From contig CAVQSS010000009.1 in assembly GCA_963716045.1 (NCBI GenBank), forward strand, positions 128,852-192,851: a stretch of 64,000 nucleotides of DNA. The letters run 5' to 3'. This DNA is from an uncultured delta proteobacterium (GTDB taxonomy: Bacteria; Desulfobacterota; RBG-13-43-22). A model generated the notes under the pieces. It did no database searches. It saw only the letters and a list, made by a program, of their open reading frames with translations, and had not been told where the DNA came from. Of this stretch, positions 54,496-62,902 are shown one piece after another. How positions within the stretch are numbered: the stretch's first letter is position 1; every line of letters begins with the position of its first letter. The position numbers and the translations under genes were made by a program.

Positions 54496-55713
54496 TCATA
54501 CCCTTTGAACCGCCAGGCAGGCGTTCCCGCCGCCGAAGGTAAAGCCGGTCAGCAATCCCTGATGGATTTCCCCGGGCCGGGCGGGCAGGCAGCGCCGGTC
54601 CCAGGGAGTTCCCGATTCCAATTGGTCCGGGTTAACCGTGGGGGGGATCATCTGGTCCCGAAGGGCTAAAAGGAGTATAGCCAAACGAAGCGCCCCCATC
54701 CCGCCATATTCCCCGGCGAAATACTTCAACGGGGAAAGGGCTATCTTGGATAGGTCGTCCCCGAAAACCTCCCGCAGAATCCGGAATTCCAGTGGGTCCA
54801 GTTCCCCTGAAAAGTCGGCCGAGAGGCCGATCAGATCCGGTGTCCTCCCGCGATCCCCTCCTTCTCCCAGGCATTCCAAGACTACTTTTTGCATGGCCCG
54901 GCCTTCCTGCTCAAAGTGGCCCGCCCGGGTCACCCCGCTGTTTAAGGCAAAAGCGGCGATCTCCCCATAAATCGGGGCCCGGCGGGAAAGGGCCTGCTCC
55001 CGGCGTTCCAAAACCAGAACGCAGGCCCCTTCTCCTAAAACCAGCCCTCCTCCCAGAATAGGATTTAGGGAGGGATTCAGTCCTTTCAACACCGAAAAGG
55101 CATGCATAATGATGGGAGAAAGCTCATCCACCCCCACCACCAGGAAGGCCTCGGCCAGTCCGGCCTGCAACTGCCGACAGGCATAGATCAGGGCCAGTTC
55201 GGCGGAGATCAAATTCTGGCAAAAGGTGGTGATAGGACCCCGCAGGCGATGATAGAGGCTGATGTGGCTGCCGGCCGTATTGGGAACCGTATCGGCAAAT
55301 AAAAGGGGATTGGCCCCCTGGGGGCCGCCTTCCATGAAACTGACAAAATATTCATCCGTCAGCCCGGAATTGCCGTAACCCGTACCGGCAAAGACTCCGA
55401 TACGATCCCGGTTGAGGTCATTGATCTCCAGTCGGGCATCTTGCAGGGCTTCCAGGCTGGCCACCACGGCCAGACGGGAAGACCGGCCCATTTTCCGATA
55501 AACCAGGGGCGAGAGATAATCCTTGGGGCGGAAACCTTCCACCTCCCCGCCGAAGTGGATCTTTGATTCCAGGGGATCGAATTCTTGGATCGGTTTAATC
55601 CCGGATTGGCCGGCCAGAAAATTTTTCCAAAAGGTCTCCCGCCCTATCCCCAGGGAACCGATAATCCCGATACCGGTGACGACTATTCCGGTGCTGGCGG
55701 ATCCGTCCATCAT
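54496..55713 (-). CDS. Ketosynthase-like protein lacking the catalytic His-His pair (CLF-like partner subunit)
   Basis: 405 aa with a thiolase/KS fold (IVVTGIGIIGSLGIG..). A Cys is retained (TTFCQNLIS). The HGTGT region reads LSADFSG and the K..GH region reads KYFAGEYGG. An ATGA overlap links it to the upstream KS gene. Confidence 0.7.
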   Translation of the reverse strand: MMDGSASTGIVVTGIGIIGSLGIGRETFWKNFLAGQSGIKPIQEFDPLESKIHFGGEVEGFRPKDYLSPLVYRKMGRSSRLAVVASLEALQDARLEINDLNRDRIGVFAGTGYGNSGLTDEYFVSFMEGGPQGANPLLFADTVPNTAGSHISLYHRLRGPITTFCQNLISAELALIYACRQLQAGLAEAFLVVGVDELSPIIMHAFSVLKGLNPSLNPILGGGLVLGEGACVLVLERREQALSRRAPIYGEIAAFALNSGVTRAGHFEQEGRAMQKVVLECLGEGGDRGRTPDLIGLSADFSGELDPLEFRILREVFGDDLSKIALSPLKYFAGEYGGMGALRLAILLLALRDQMIPPTVNPDQLESGTPWDRRCLPARPGEIHQGLLTGFTFGGGNACLAVQRV

Positions 55714-56963
55714 CTCAGTTTGGAAAAAATAATGGAACTGTTATTGCCCCCGAAGGCAAAGGCGTTGCAGAGTACGGTATTCACATCTTTTTCCCGGGCT
55801 TGGTTGAACACTACGTCCAGGTCGCAATCCGGGTCCCGCTCCTTAAAATGCAAGGTGGGGGGCAGGATCCCATGAAGCAGGGCCAGGATGGCCGCCTCGG
55901 CCCCCAGCACCCCGGCGGAACCCAGGCAGTGTCCGATCGATGATTTTATCGAGGTGACCGGGATCCTGGAGGCCCGCTCCCCGAAAACCTGCTTGACGGC
56001 CTTGGTTTCAATGGGATCATTGGCCGGGGTGGCCGTGCCGTGGGCGCTGATGAAATCCACGGACGACTCGGTGATCCCGGCCTGGAGGATGGCCCGCTGC
56101 ATGGATAAGACGGCGCCGTAGCCTTCGGGATGCGGCGCCGTAATGTGGTGGGCATCGGCCGAAGTGCCGTAGCCCAGGATCTCGGCATATATTTTTGCGC
56201 CCCTGGCCCGGGCCTTTTCCAGCGGTTCCAGGATCATCATCCCGGCCCCCTCTCCCAGCGAAAGTCCCTGGCGCTGCCGGTCAAAGGGCCGGCAGGGTTG
56301 GGGATCCAGGGCCTTCAGGGTATTAAACCCGGAAAAGGTCAATAGAGAAAGCGATTCGGTCCCCCCGGTAATGGCGAAATCCACCGAACCGTCCCTGATC
56401 CAGTCATAGCCTAAGCCGATGGCCGTGATCGTTGAAGAGCAGGCCGTGTCGATGGTGGCCCGGGGACCGGATAAACCGTAGCGGTTGCCGATCTGATCGG
56501 TGAGGCTGCAAAAGGGAAATGACAAAAGAAAGGCCGGATGCCCTCCTTTTTTTCGCTGATAGACTTCCTGACGATAGATCTCGGTGGGATAAATCCCGCC
56601 GGCGGCGGCTCCCAAAAACACCGCCACTCGATCCGGGGATTCAAAACCCTTTTCCAGGCCGGCATCTCCCAGGGCCTCCCGGGCCGCTATCAGGCCAAAC
56701 AGATCCGCCCGGGAAAGCCGCTGAATTTCCCGTCGGCTGAAATAATCGGCGCCGGAAAAATTACGTACCTGCGCGGCTATCTGAACCCGGAAGCCGGTGG
56801 GGTCAAAAAGATCGAAAGGGCCGATCCCGGTTCGGCCGGCAATCAGGTTTTCCCAGAATTCAGCCTGGTTTCGCCCGATAGAGGTGATCGTCCCCAGACC
56901 GGTAACCACTACCCGCCGGGGATTCACGGCTGAACCAGCCTTCTTTGTCGAAAAGGAAGCCAA
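55710..56963 (-). CDS. Beta-ketoacyl-ACP synthase II-type ketosynthase
   Basis: 417 aa. Catalytic triad context is intact: IDTACSSTITAIG, ISAHGTATPANDPIE, SIKSSIGHCLGSAG. An alternative GTG start at 56927 would give a GTGA overlap with the GT2 stop codon. Confidence 0.85.
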   Translation of the reverse strand: MASFSTKKAGSAVNPRRVVVTGLGTITSIGRNQAEFWENLIAGRTGIGPFDLFDPTGFRVQIAAQVRNFSGADYFSRREIQRLSRADLFGLIAAREALGDAGLEKGFESPDRVAVFLGAAAGGIYPTEIYRQEVYQRKKGGHPAFLLSFPFCSLTDQIGNRYGLSGPRATIDTACSSTITAIGLGYDWIRDGSVDFAITGGTESLSLLTFSGFNTLKALDPQPCRPFDRQRQGLSLGEGAGMMILEPLEKARARGAKIYAEILGYGTSADAHHITAPHPEGYGAVLSMQRAILQAGITESSVDFISAHGTATPANDPIETKAVKQVFGERASRIPVTSIKSSIGHCLGSAGVLGAEAAILALLHGILPPTLHFKERDPDCDLDVVFNQAREKDVNTVLCNAFAFGGNNSSIIFSKLR

Positions 56964-57667
56964 AAGACCCCTCTGGGACGCTTCGTCAGTCGGGGCCAGA
57001 AGATGCTCCTGAGGACCATGATGCTGATCTGATAGGTATCGGCCACGGGTCGATAGTGGGAAGGGGGCCGGCGATCGCCATAGATGGCCGGAACGGCAAT
57101 GGAAGCAATCCTAGCGCCTTTCTTGGCCAGTTTGATCAACACCTCCGTCTCCAAGGCAAAGCCGTCGGCCTTCAAGGGCAGTCCTTTTAATCCCTCGGCC
57201 TGGTACAGGCGGAAACCGCTCTGGGAATCCGGTACATATTGACCCGTGGCCCAGCTTAGACAATAGGTCCCGACCAGATTGGGATAGTAGCGAATTTTGG
57301 GTATCCGCTCCCGGTCTCCCAGTCGCGAGCCGATGATCACCTGAGCCGCTCCCTTTTGATATTCTCCGATCAGGGCCGGAAGGCACTCGGGATCATGCTG
57401 TCCGTCCCCGTCCATGGTAATGATGGCCTCCACCCCGCGATCCAGGTAATAGGCGAACCCGGTCTTCAGCGCCCGGCCCTTGCCGCCATTCGTCTGAAAG
57501 GACACCACCTGCGCCCCCTGTGCCCGGGCCACTTCTTTGGTTTGGTCGGTGGAACCGTCGTCCACCACCAGGATATCCTGGACCCACTTCCGGGCGCCGC
57601 GGATAACCTCGACCAGGGGGTCTTCGACATTATGGGCGGGAATGATTAATCCAAACAGGTTATTCAT
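56924..57667 (-). CDS. Family-2 glycosyltransferase (DPM1-like)
   Basis: 247 aa from the ATG at 57667 (MNNLFGLIIPAHNVEDPL..ILVVDDGSTDQT...ITMDGDGQHDP...DSQSGFRLY). The 5-prime extension on the track ORF overlaps the hot-dog gene. Confidence 0.85.
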   Translation of the reverse strand: MNNLFGLIIPAHNVEDPLVEVIRGARKWVQDILVVDDGSTDQTKEVARAQGAQVVSFQTNGGKGRALKTGFAYYLDRGVEAIITMDGDGQHDPECLPALIGEYQKGAAQVIIGSRLGDRERIPKIRYYPNLVGTYCLSWATGQYVPDSQSGFRLYQAEGLKGLPLKADGFALETEVLIKLAKKGARIASIAVPAIYGDRRPPSHYRPVADTYQISIMVLRSIFWPRLTKRPRGVFWLPFRQRRLVQP

Positions 57668-58080
57668 CCTGCCACAAGGTGAGTTCCCCGCGGACCAGGA
57701 GGGTCTCCCCGGCCCGGACCTCACCGGAAAAACGATGGAGCTTTCCCAAACTATGGGTTTTTTCGATGGTGATCAGCATCCGATCTCCCTCCCGGGGGAT
57801 TTGAAAAAACAAGACCCGATCCATTTTGAGAAGAAATCCCTCCCGCCCCTTAAACGCCTCTTCAGGGGGTTGCCGGCTGATTAATATCAATCCCGCCGCC
57901 TCGGCCATCATCTCCAACAGCAGAGATTGCTTAAAGGACGGTGGAACCCGGTTGGCTGAGAAAATAGTTGTTGGTCGACCAGTTAGTAGCAAAAACTCCT
58001 TCCACTCCCGGGACGATTCGCTCGACCCGATCAATGAAGAGAAAGGGATATCGGTGAGGCAGCACATCCGGACGCAGCAA
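57660..58080 (-). pseudogene. FabZ/FabA-like hot-dog dehydratase with an apparent 1-nt frame disruption
   Basis: The N-terminal motif LPHRYPFLFIDRVERIVPGVEG is encoded from the TTG at 58080, in a different frame from the 135-aa track ORF that carries the rest (VPPSFKQSLLLEMMAEAAG...GELTLW). The two frames meet near 57940-57955. Confidence 0.7.
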
Positions 58081-58113
58081 GGTTAACGCCCTATTAAGGT
58101 TTAATTTGTTAGA

Positions 58114-60027
58114 TTATTTCACTTTGGCTCCCGGCGGGAACGGTCTTTCCGGAACCACGACCGTCAAGCTTTTCCCGTCGCCGGCCGCCAGGAGCATGGC
58201 CTGGGACTCCACGCCCATCAGTTGAGAGGGCTTTAAGTTGGCCACCACCACGATGGACTTGCCGACCAGCTCTTCCGGGGCATAGTCCCGGCCGATTCCC
58301 GCCACCAAGGTCCTTTCTTCCCCCAGGTCGATTTTCATTTTTATCAACTTGTCCGTCTTGGGTATCCGTTCGGCGGACAGCACCCGGGCTACCCGCAGGT
58401 CCCATTTTTTAAACTCCTCAATCGACATCAGGGAAGGGGCCTCCGTCGCAACCGTGGGCGCCTTCCTGGGGGGAGGTGGAGGCGTTTCTTTCTTGACCTC
58501 GATGCGGGGAAACAAGGCCGGTCCCCGAGCCAATTGGGTTCCCGGTGCCAGTCGCCCCCAAACCAATTCCTCCTCCCAGAAAACCGGCTCCTTTTCCAGG
58601 CCGCAGCCCAGTTGTTCCAGCATGGACCGGGCCGTTTGGGGCATAAAGGGACTGAGCAGGATCGCCGTTTGTCTCAGGGTTTCAGCCAAAACATAGAGCA
58701 CCGTCTGCAGCCGGTCCTTTTGGGCCGGGTCCTTGGCCAGTGCCCAGGGAGCCTGAGTGTCGATGTATTTATTGGCCCCGTCAATCACCTCCCACAAGGT
58801 CATCAGGGCCTTGTGAAGGGCCACTTTCCGGACCTCCTGGCTGACGGTTTGCCGAACCTGGAGCAGGTGGTCCTTCATCCCCAGCTCCTCAGGCAGCGGC
58901 TCCCCCGGCTCGGGGATGCTCCCCCCGCAATACTTTTCAATCATGGTCAGGGTCCGGCTGAAACAATTGCCGAGGTTATTGGCCAGATCGGCATTGACCC
59001 GCTGGATCAGGTTCTCCTCACTGAACTGGGCATCCAAACCAAAAACCATCTCCCGCAAAAAGAAATAACGGACGGCATCGGCCCCGAAGCGGTCCTTGAG
59101 CTGCTGAGGACGGATCACGTTTCCCAGGCTCTTGGAGATCTTGGCCTGATCCAGGTTCCAGTAGCCATGGACATTCAAGTGCCGATACGGTGCGATCCCG
59201 GCGGCTTTGAGCATGATCGGCCAGTAAATGCCGTGGGGCTTCAAAATATCCTTGGCGATGATGTGCTCGACCGACGGCCAAAATTTGGAAAACAACGGGC
59301 CGTCGGGGTAGCCCAGACCCGCCAGATAATTGATCAGGGCGTCAAACCAGACATAGGTCACGTAGTTTTCGTCAAAGGGCAGGGGTATCCCCCAGGTCAG
59401 GCGGGACTTGGGCCGGGAAATACACAGGTCCTCCAGAGGTTCTTTAAGAAAGGAAAGCACTTCGTTGCGGTAGCGTTCGGGACGGATGAAATCGGGGTTT
59501 TCCTGGAGGTGTCGGATGAGCCAGTCCTGGTAGGCGCTCATGCGAAAGAAATAATTGGCTTCCTTGATGAAGGTCAGCGGGGTCTGGTGGTCCGGACAGC
59601 GACCGTCGACGATTTCCCGTTCCGTGTAAAATCGCTCGCAACCGAGGCAATACTGTCCGCCGTATTCGCTGAAATAAATGTCCCCCGATTCGTGGACCCG
59701 CGATAAAATGGCGGTAACCACGGCCATGTGCTCCGGGTCGGTGGTCCGGATAAAATGATCGGGTTGAATATTCAGTTCCGGCCAGGTTTGCCGAAAAAGC
59801 TGACTGATGCGGTCGGCGTAGGGTTGAGGATCTTTCCCTTCCTTCTGGGCCGCCTGGACTACCTTTTCCCCGTGTTCATCCGTCCCGGTCTGGAAGCGGG
59901 TTTCATACCCCTGGGCCCGGTAGAAACGGTTCAGCGTATCGGCTACGATCGTACTGTAGGCATGGCCGATATGGGGTTCGGCGTTGACGTAATAAATCGG
60001 AGTGGTCACATAAAAAGTACGATCCAT
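58114..60027 (-). CDS. metG: Methionyl-tRNA synthetase with a C-terminal tRNA-binding (Trbp111-like) domain
   Basis: 637 aa. HIGH motif PHIGHAYS, KMSKS variant KISKS, a zinc knuckle CLGCERF..CPDH, and a C-terminal OB domain (DLRVARVLSAERIPKTDKLIKMKIDLG). Confidence 0.97.
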   Translation of the reverse strand: MDRTFYVTTPIYYVNAEPHIGHAYSTIVADTLNRFYRAQGYETRFQTGTDEHGEKVVQAAQKEGKDPQPYADRISQLFRQTWPELNIQPDHFIRTTDPEHMAVVTAILSRVHESGDIYFSEYGGQYCLGCERFYTEREIVDGRCPDHQTPLTFIKEANYFFRMSAYQDWLIRHLQENPDFIRPERYRNEVLSFLKEPLEDLCISRPKSRLTWGIPLPFDENYVTYVWFDALINYLAGLGYPDGPLFSKFWPSVEHIIAKDILKPHGIYWPIMLKAAGIAPYRHLNVHGYWNLDQAKISKSLGNVIRPQQLKDRFGADAVRYFFLREMVFGLDAQFSEENLIQRVNADLANNLGNCFSRTLTMIEKYCGGSIPEPGEPLPEELGMKDHLLQVRQTVSQEVRKVALHKALMTLWEVIDGANKYIDTQAPWALAKDPAQKDRLQTVLYVLAETLRQTAILLSPFMPQTARSMLEQLGCGLEKEPVFWEEELVWGRLAPGTQLARGPALFPRIEVKKETPPPPPRKAPTVATEAPSLMSIEEFKKWDLRVARVLSAERIPKTDKLIKMKIDLGEERTLVAGIGRDYAPEELVGKSIVVVANLKPSQLMGVESQAMLLAAGDGKSLTVVVPERPFPPGAKVK

Positions 60028-60060
60028 ATCAGTTAATAACCTCGCAAAAAGTCCAAAAAC

Positions 60061-60213
60061 GACTTTCTGCTCGGCAGGGGATCACGCCTTAGGCGTCACT
60101 CCCCCGCCATTTGAAGTGAATTCAAATGGTCCCACCCTCACCCCGCCTAATGCGGGACCCGGCGCTTAATCGCGCTCGGGCTGCTGACGGTCTTCTGGAG
60201 AGTCCGTCAGCGT
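60061..60213. repeat. Cluster of five consecutive short hairpins (REP-like or structured RNA) between ricT and metG
   Basis: ACGCC-TTA-GGCGT; CCATTTGAA-N5-TTCAAATGG; CCCGC-CTAAT-GCGGG; CCCG(G)CGC..GCGC(T)CGGG; GCTGACGG-N13-CCGTCAGC. Confidence 0.45.
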
Positions 60214-61049
60214 TCAACCCTTGTCCTTTTTATTTTCGACGACCCCCGGGGTGAGTTCGGACACCTTGATAATCTTTTCCTCTCTCTCGGCGGTTTCCAC
60301 CAGGATCGTCCCTTCCATCACGTTTTGTCTCAGCACTTTCACCGGTCCCAGCGGGCTCATAATGGTTTTACCCATCTTGGGAAAATCCTTTTTTAGTTGC
60401 AGATAGGTTTCATACTCATAGGTCAGGCAGCACATCAAGCGACCGCAAATCCCTGATATTTTGGTGGGGTTCAGGGGCAGATTCTGCTCTTTGGCCATCT
60501 TGACCGAAACGGCCGCGAAATCCGGCAGGAACGAAGCGCAACATAACTCCCGCCCGCAGGGACCCAAACCGCCGATCATCTTGGCCTCGTTGCGCACCCC
60601 GATTTGACGCATTTCGATCCGGGTATGAAAACGATGAACCAGGTCTTTCACCAGATCCCGAAAATCCACGCGGCCGTCCGCGGTAAAATAAAAAATGACC
60701 TTGCTGCCGTCGAAAAAACATTCCACCCGGACCAGCTTCATTTGCAGGTTACGTTCCCGAATGCGGTCCAGGCAAAAGCTGAAGGCCTCTTTCTCACGCC
60801 CTGGATTTTATCGTCTTGGGCCAGGTCCTCCGCGTGGGCCAGGCGGAATATTTTTTTGAATTCCCTGCCCCCCTCGGTCGGATCGACCTTAAGGGGTCCC
60901 CGAACCACTTTCCCCAGGCCCAATCCCTGTTCCGTCTTGACGATCACTTTATCGCCGCATTTCAACACAAAGTGGCCGCAATCGAAATCATAGATAGCCC
61001 CCGCCTGTTGAAACCGTACGCCGACTATTTTTAAGGATTCTTTTTCCAT
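60214..61049 (-). pseudogene. ricT: PSP1-domain protein RicT/YaaT, split by an apparent 1-nt deletion
   Basis: The N-terminal piece (VGVRFQQAGAIYDFDCG...RLAHAEDLAQDDKIQG) ends in out-of-frame sequence. The -1 frame continues REKEAFSFCLDRIRERNLQ-MKLVRVECFFDGSKVIFYFTADGRVDFRDLV...CGRLMCCLTYE. Confidence 0.8.
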
Positions 61050-61168
61050 AAAAGACGTTATTTTTAAATCTATTAAGAGGTTTTTATTACAGCCAAAAAT
61101 ATTTCAACTATTTTTGGCTAGATCTTCGTTTATTATACGATAGGAAGTAAAATTATATAAGCGAAAAA

Positions 61169-62171
61169 TCAGTGAGCGGCCCGGGCCATGTTGATCCAGA
61201 GCATCTCCCAGGTCAATTGGGGATTGACCTGCCGGAGTAGATCCTGGGCGGCCTGGGTTATCAGGTCGTAGCCTTTGAGCCAGGTTCTTTCAGGGCAGCG
61301 GAAGGCCAGTTCCCGTAGCCTTTCTTTATAGTGCGCCGGGAGAAAAACGAGGTCTTCCAGGCCGTTACGAAGCCAGAGGATATCCCGCAAGCAGGTACTG
61401 CCTATTTCCAGGGTCTCCTGCATCTGCTCCCGGGAGCCCAGCCAATCCTTCACCCCGGCAATTAAGGGGGACAGGCGGTCCGGAGACAGGGACTCCAATT
61501 GCCGCAGCCAGGATTCCAGATTTTTATCCCAGGATTTCTCCTCCGAAAATTTTTCGAATATATGAAAGGCCCGCCCCAAACTCCCGCCGGAAACACGGCT
61601 GATGACCTGGGCTTTTTCGGGGTCTGATCCCTGGTTCGATGATCAATAGGCGGCTGATCAGGTCCGGCGATAGGGGGCTGAAATTAAGCCGCAGGCACCG
61701 GGAAACCAGGGTGGGCAAAAGCTCGCCCGGATCATTGACCAAAAGGACAAAAATATTTCCGGAGGGCGGTTCCTCCAGGGTTTTCAAAAAGGCATTGGCG
61801 GCCCAGACATTTAAGTCCGACGCCTTATCCAACAGGATCAGGCGATAGCGGCCTCCAAAAGGCGGGTAGGCCAGTTGTTCCTCCAGTTCCCGAATTTGAT
61901 CAATGGTGATCTGGGTTTTTTCCGGTTTCAGGTGAATTAGGTCCGGATGGCAATTTTTTTCTATATTCAAACAGGAAGCGCAGGAGCCGCAGCCTCCTTC
62001 GGTGCCCGGCTGCCGGCAATTCAAGGCCTTGGCCATCTCCAGGGCCGTCTTTTTTTTCCCGATCCCGTCCGGACCGGTAAACAGGTAGGCATGGTGGACT
62101 TTGTTCCGGGCCAAGGCCCGCCGCAGCAGTCCGATGGCCCGGTCTTGTCCCTGAATGTCCTTAAAAGACAT
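61169..62171 (-). pseudogene. holB: DNA polymerase III delta-prime subunit HolB, split by an apparent 1-nt insertion
   Basis: The N-terminal piece starts at the ATG at 62171 (HAYLFTGPDGIGKKKTA, CGSCASC, LILLDKASDLN, SRCLRLNF). The continuation SDPEKAQVISRVSGGSLGRAFHIF... plus the C-terminal domain is in the +1 frame (61169-61630). Confidence 0.8.
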
Positions 62172-62808
62172 GGGCGCCGGGGTCCTTTCGAAAAAGATGC
62201 CGCTGGATTTCCTGGTGAATTTTTTCAGGGGAATGGGTGGCGTCCAGGACCCGGAAGCGCTGGGGCTCCCGCCGGGCCAGAAACAAATACCCCTGTCGGA
62301 TTTTCTCGTGAAAGGCCTGGGCCTCCTCTTCAAAGCGGGACTCCCGCAGGCCTTGGGTGGAACGGTGGATCCTTTTCCAGGCCCGAGGTAGTCCGATAGT
62401 GACGGGGCAGTCCAGCAAAAAGGTCAGATCCGGGACCAGGGAATTCAATACCAGGGGGCGCAACTTTTCCAGGGTCTTCAGGTTCAGTCCCCGGGCCCAG
62501 CCCTGGTAAACCAGGGTGGCATCCCAGAAACGGTCGCAGATGACCCATTCCCCCCGGTCGAGGGCCGGTTGAATTTTTTCGGCCACATGCTGGCACCGGT
62601 CGGCCAGGTAGAGAAACAGTTCCGTTTTCGGCTGGATGCTTTTATTGCGCTGATCCAGCAAAACCGATCGGATCTGCTTGCCGATAGCCGTTCCCCCTGG
62701 TTCCCGAGTCACCAGACAAGACAGGCCCCGCTCTTTCAGGACCTTTCGCAGCCGCCTAATCTGGGTGGTTTTTCCGGAACCTTCTATTCCTTCAAAGGTG
62801 ACAAACAA
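62161..62808 (-). CDS. tmk: Thymidylate kinase
   Basis: 215 aa with a TTG start. P-loop FVTFEGIEGSGKTTQ, plus DRF..ATLVYQG. Confidence 0.93.
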   Translation of the reverse strand: MFVTFEGIEGSGKTTQIRRLRKVLKERGLSCLVTREPGGTAIGKQIRSVLLDQRNKSIQPKTELFLYLADRCQHVAEKIQPALDRGEWVICDRFWDATLVYQGWARGLNLKTLEKLRPLVLNSLVPDLTFLLDCPVTIGLPRAWKRIHRSTQGLRESRFEEEAQAFHEKIRQGYLFLARREPQRFRVLDATHSPEKIHQEIQRHLFRKDPGAHVF

Positions 62809-62902
62809 AAGTTACGATTCCTTATCCGACTTTATTTTTCTATTAAATCCCCTTGCCCAGGTCGGGCGGCCACAAAGCATTATAATCCAAGCGCTCGGAA
62901 GG

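Noticed and set aside
58534-59706. A 390-aa ORF on the plus strand, antisense to metG
   Set aside because: Its Gly/Pro/Leu/Gln/Arg-rich low-complexity translation has no recognisable motifs. It lies entirely within the well-supported metG frame, so it is a typical GC-rich shadow ORF.
60028-60213. A possible T-box or SAM riboswitch leader for metG
   Set aside because: There is no specifier loop or T-box motif (AGGGTGGNACCGCG-like) and no SAM-I core (GAGGGA...GCAACC). Only generic hairpins are visible.
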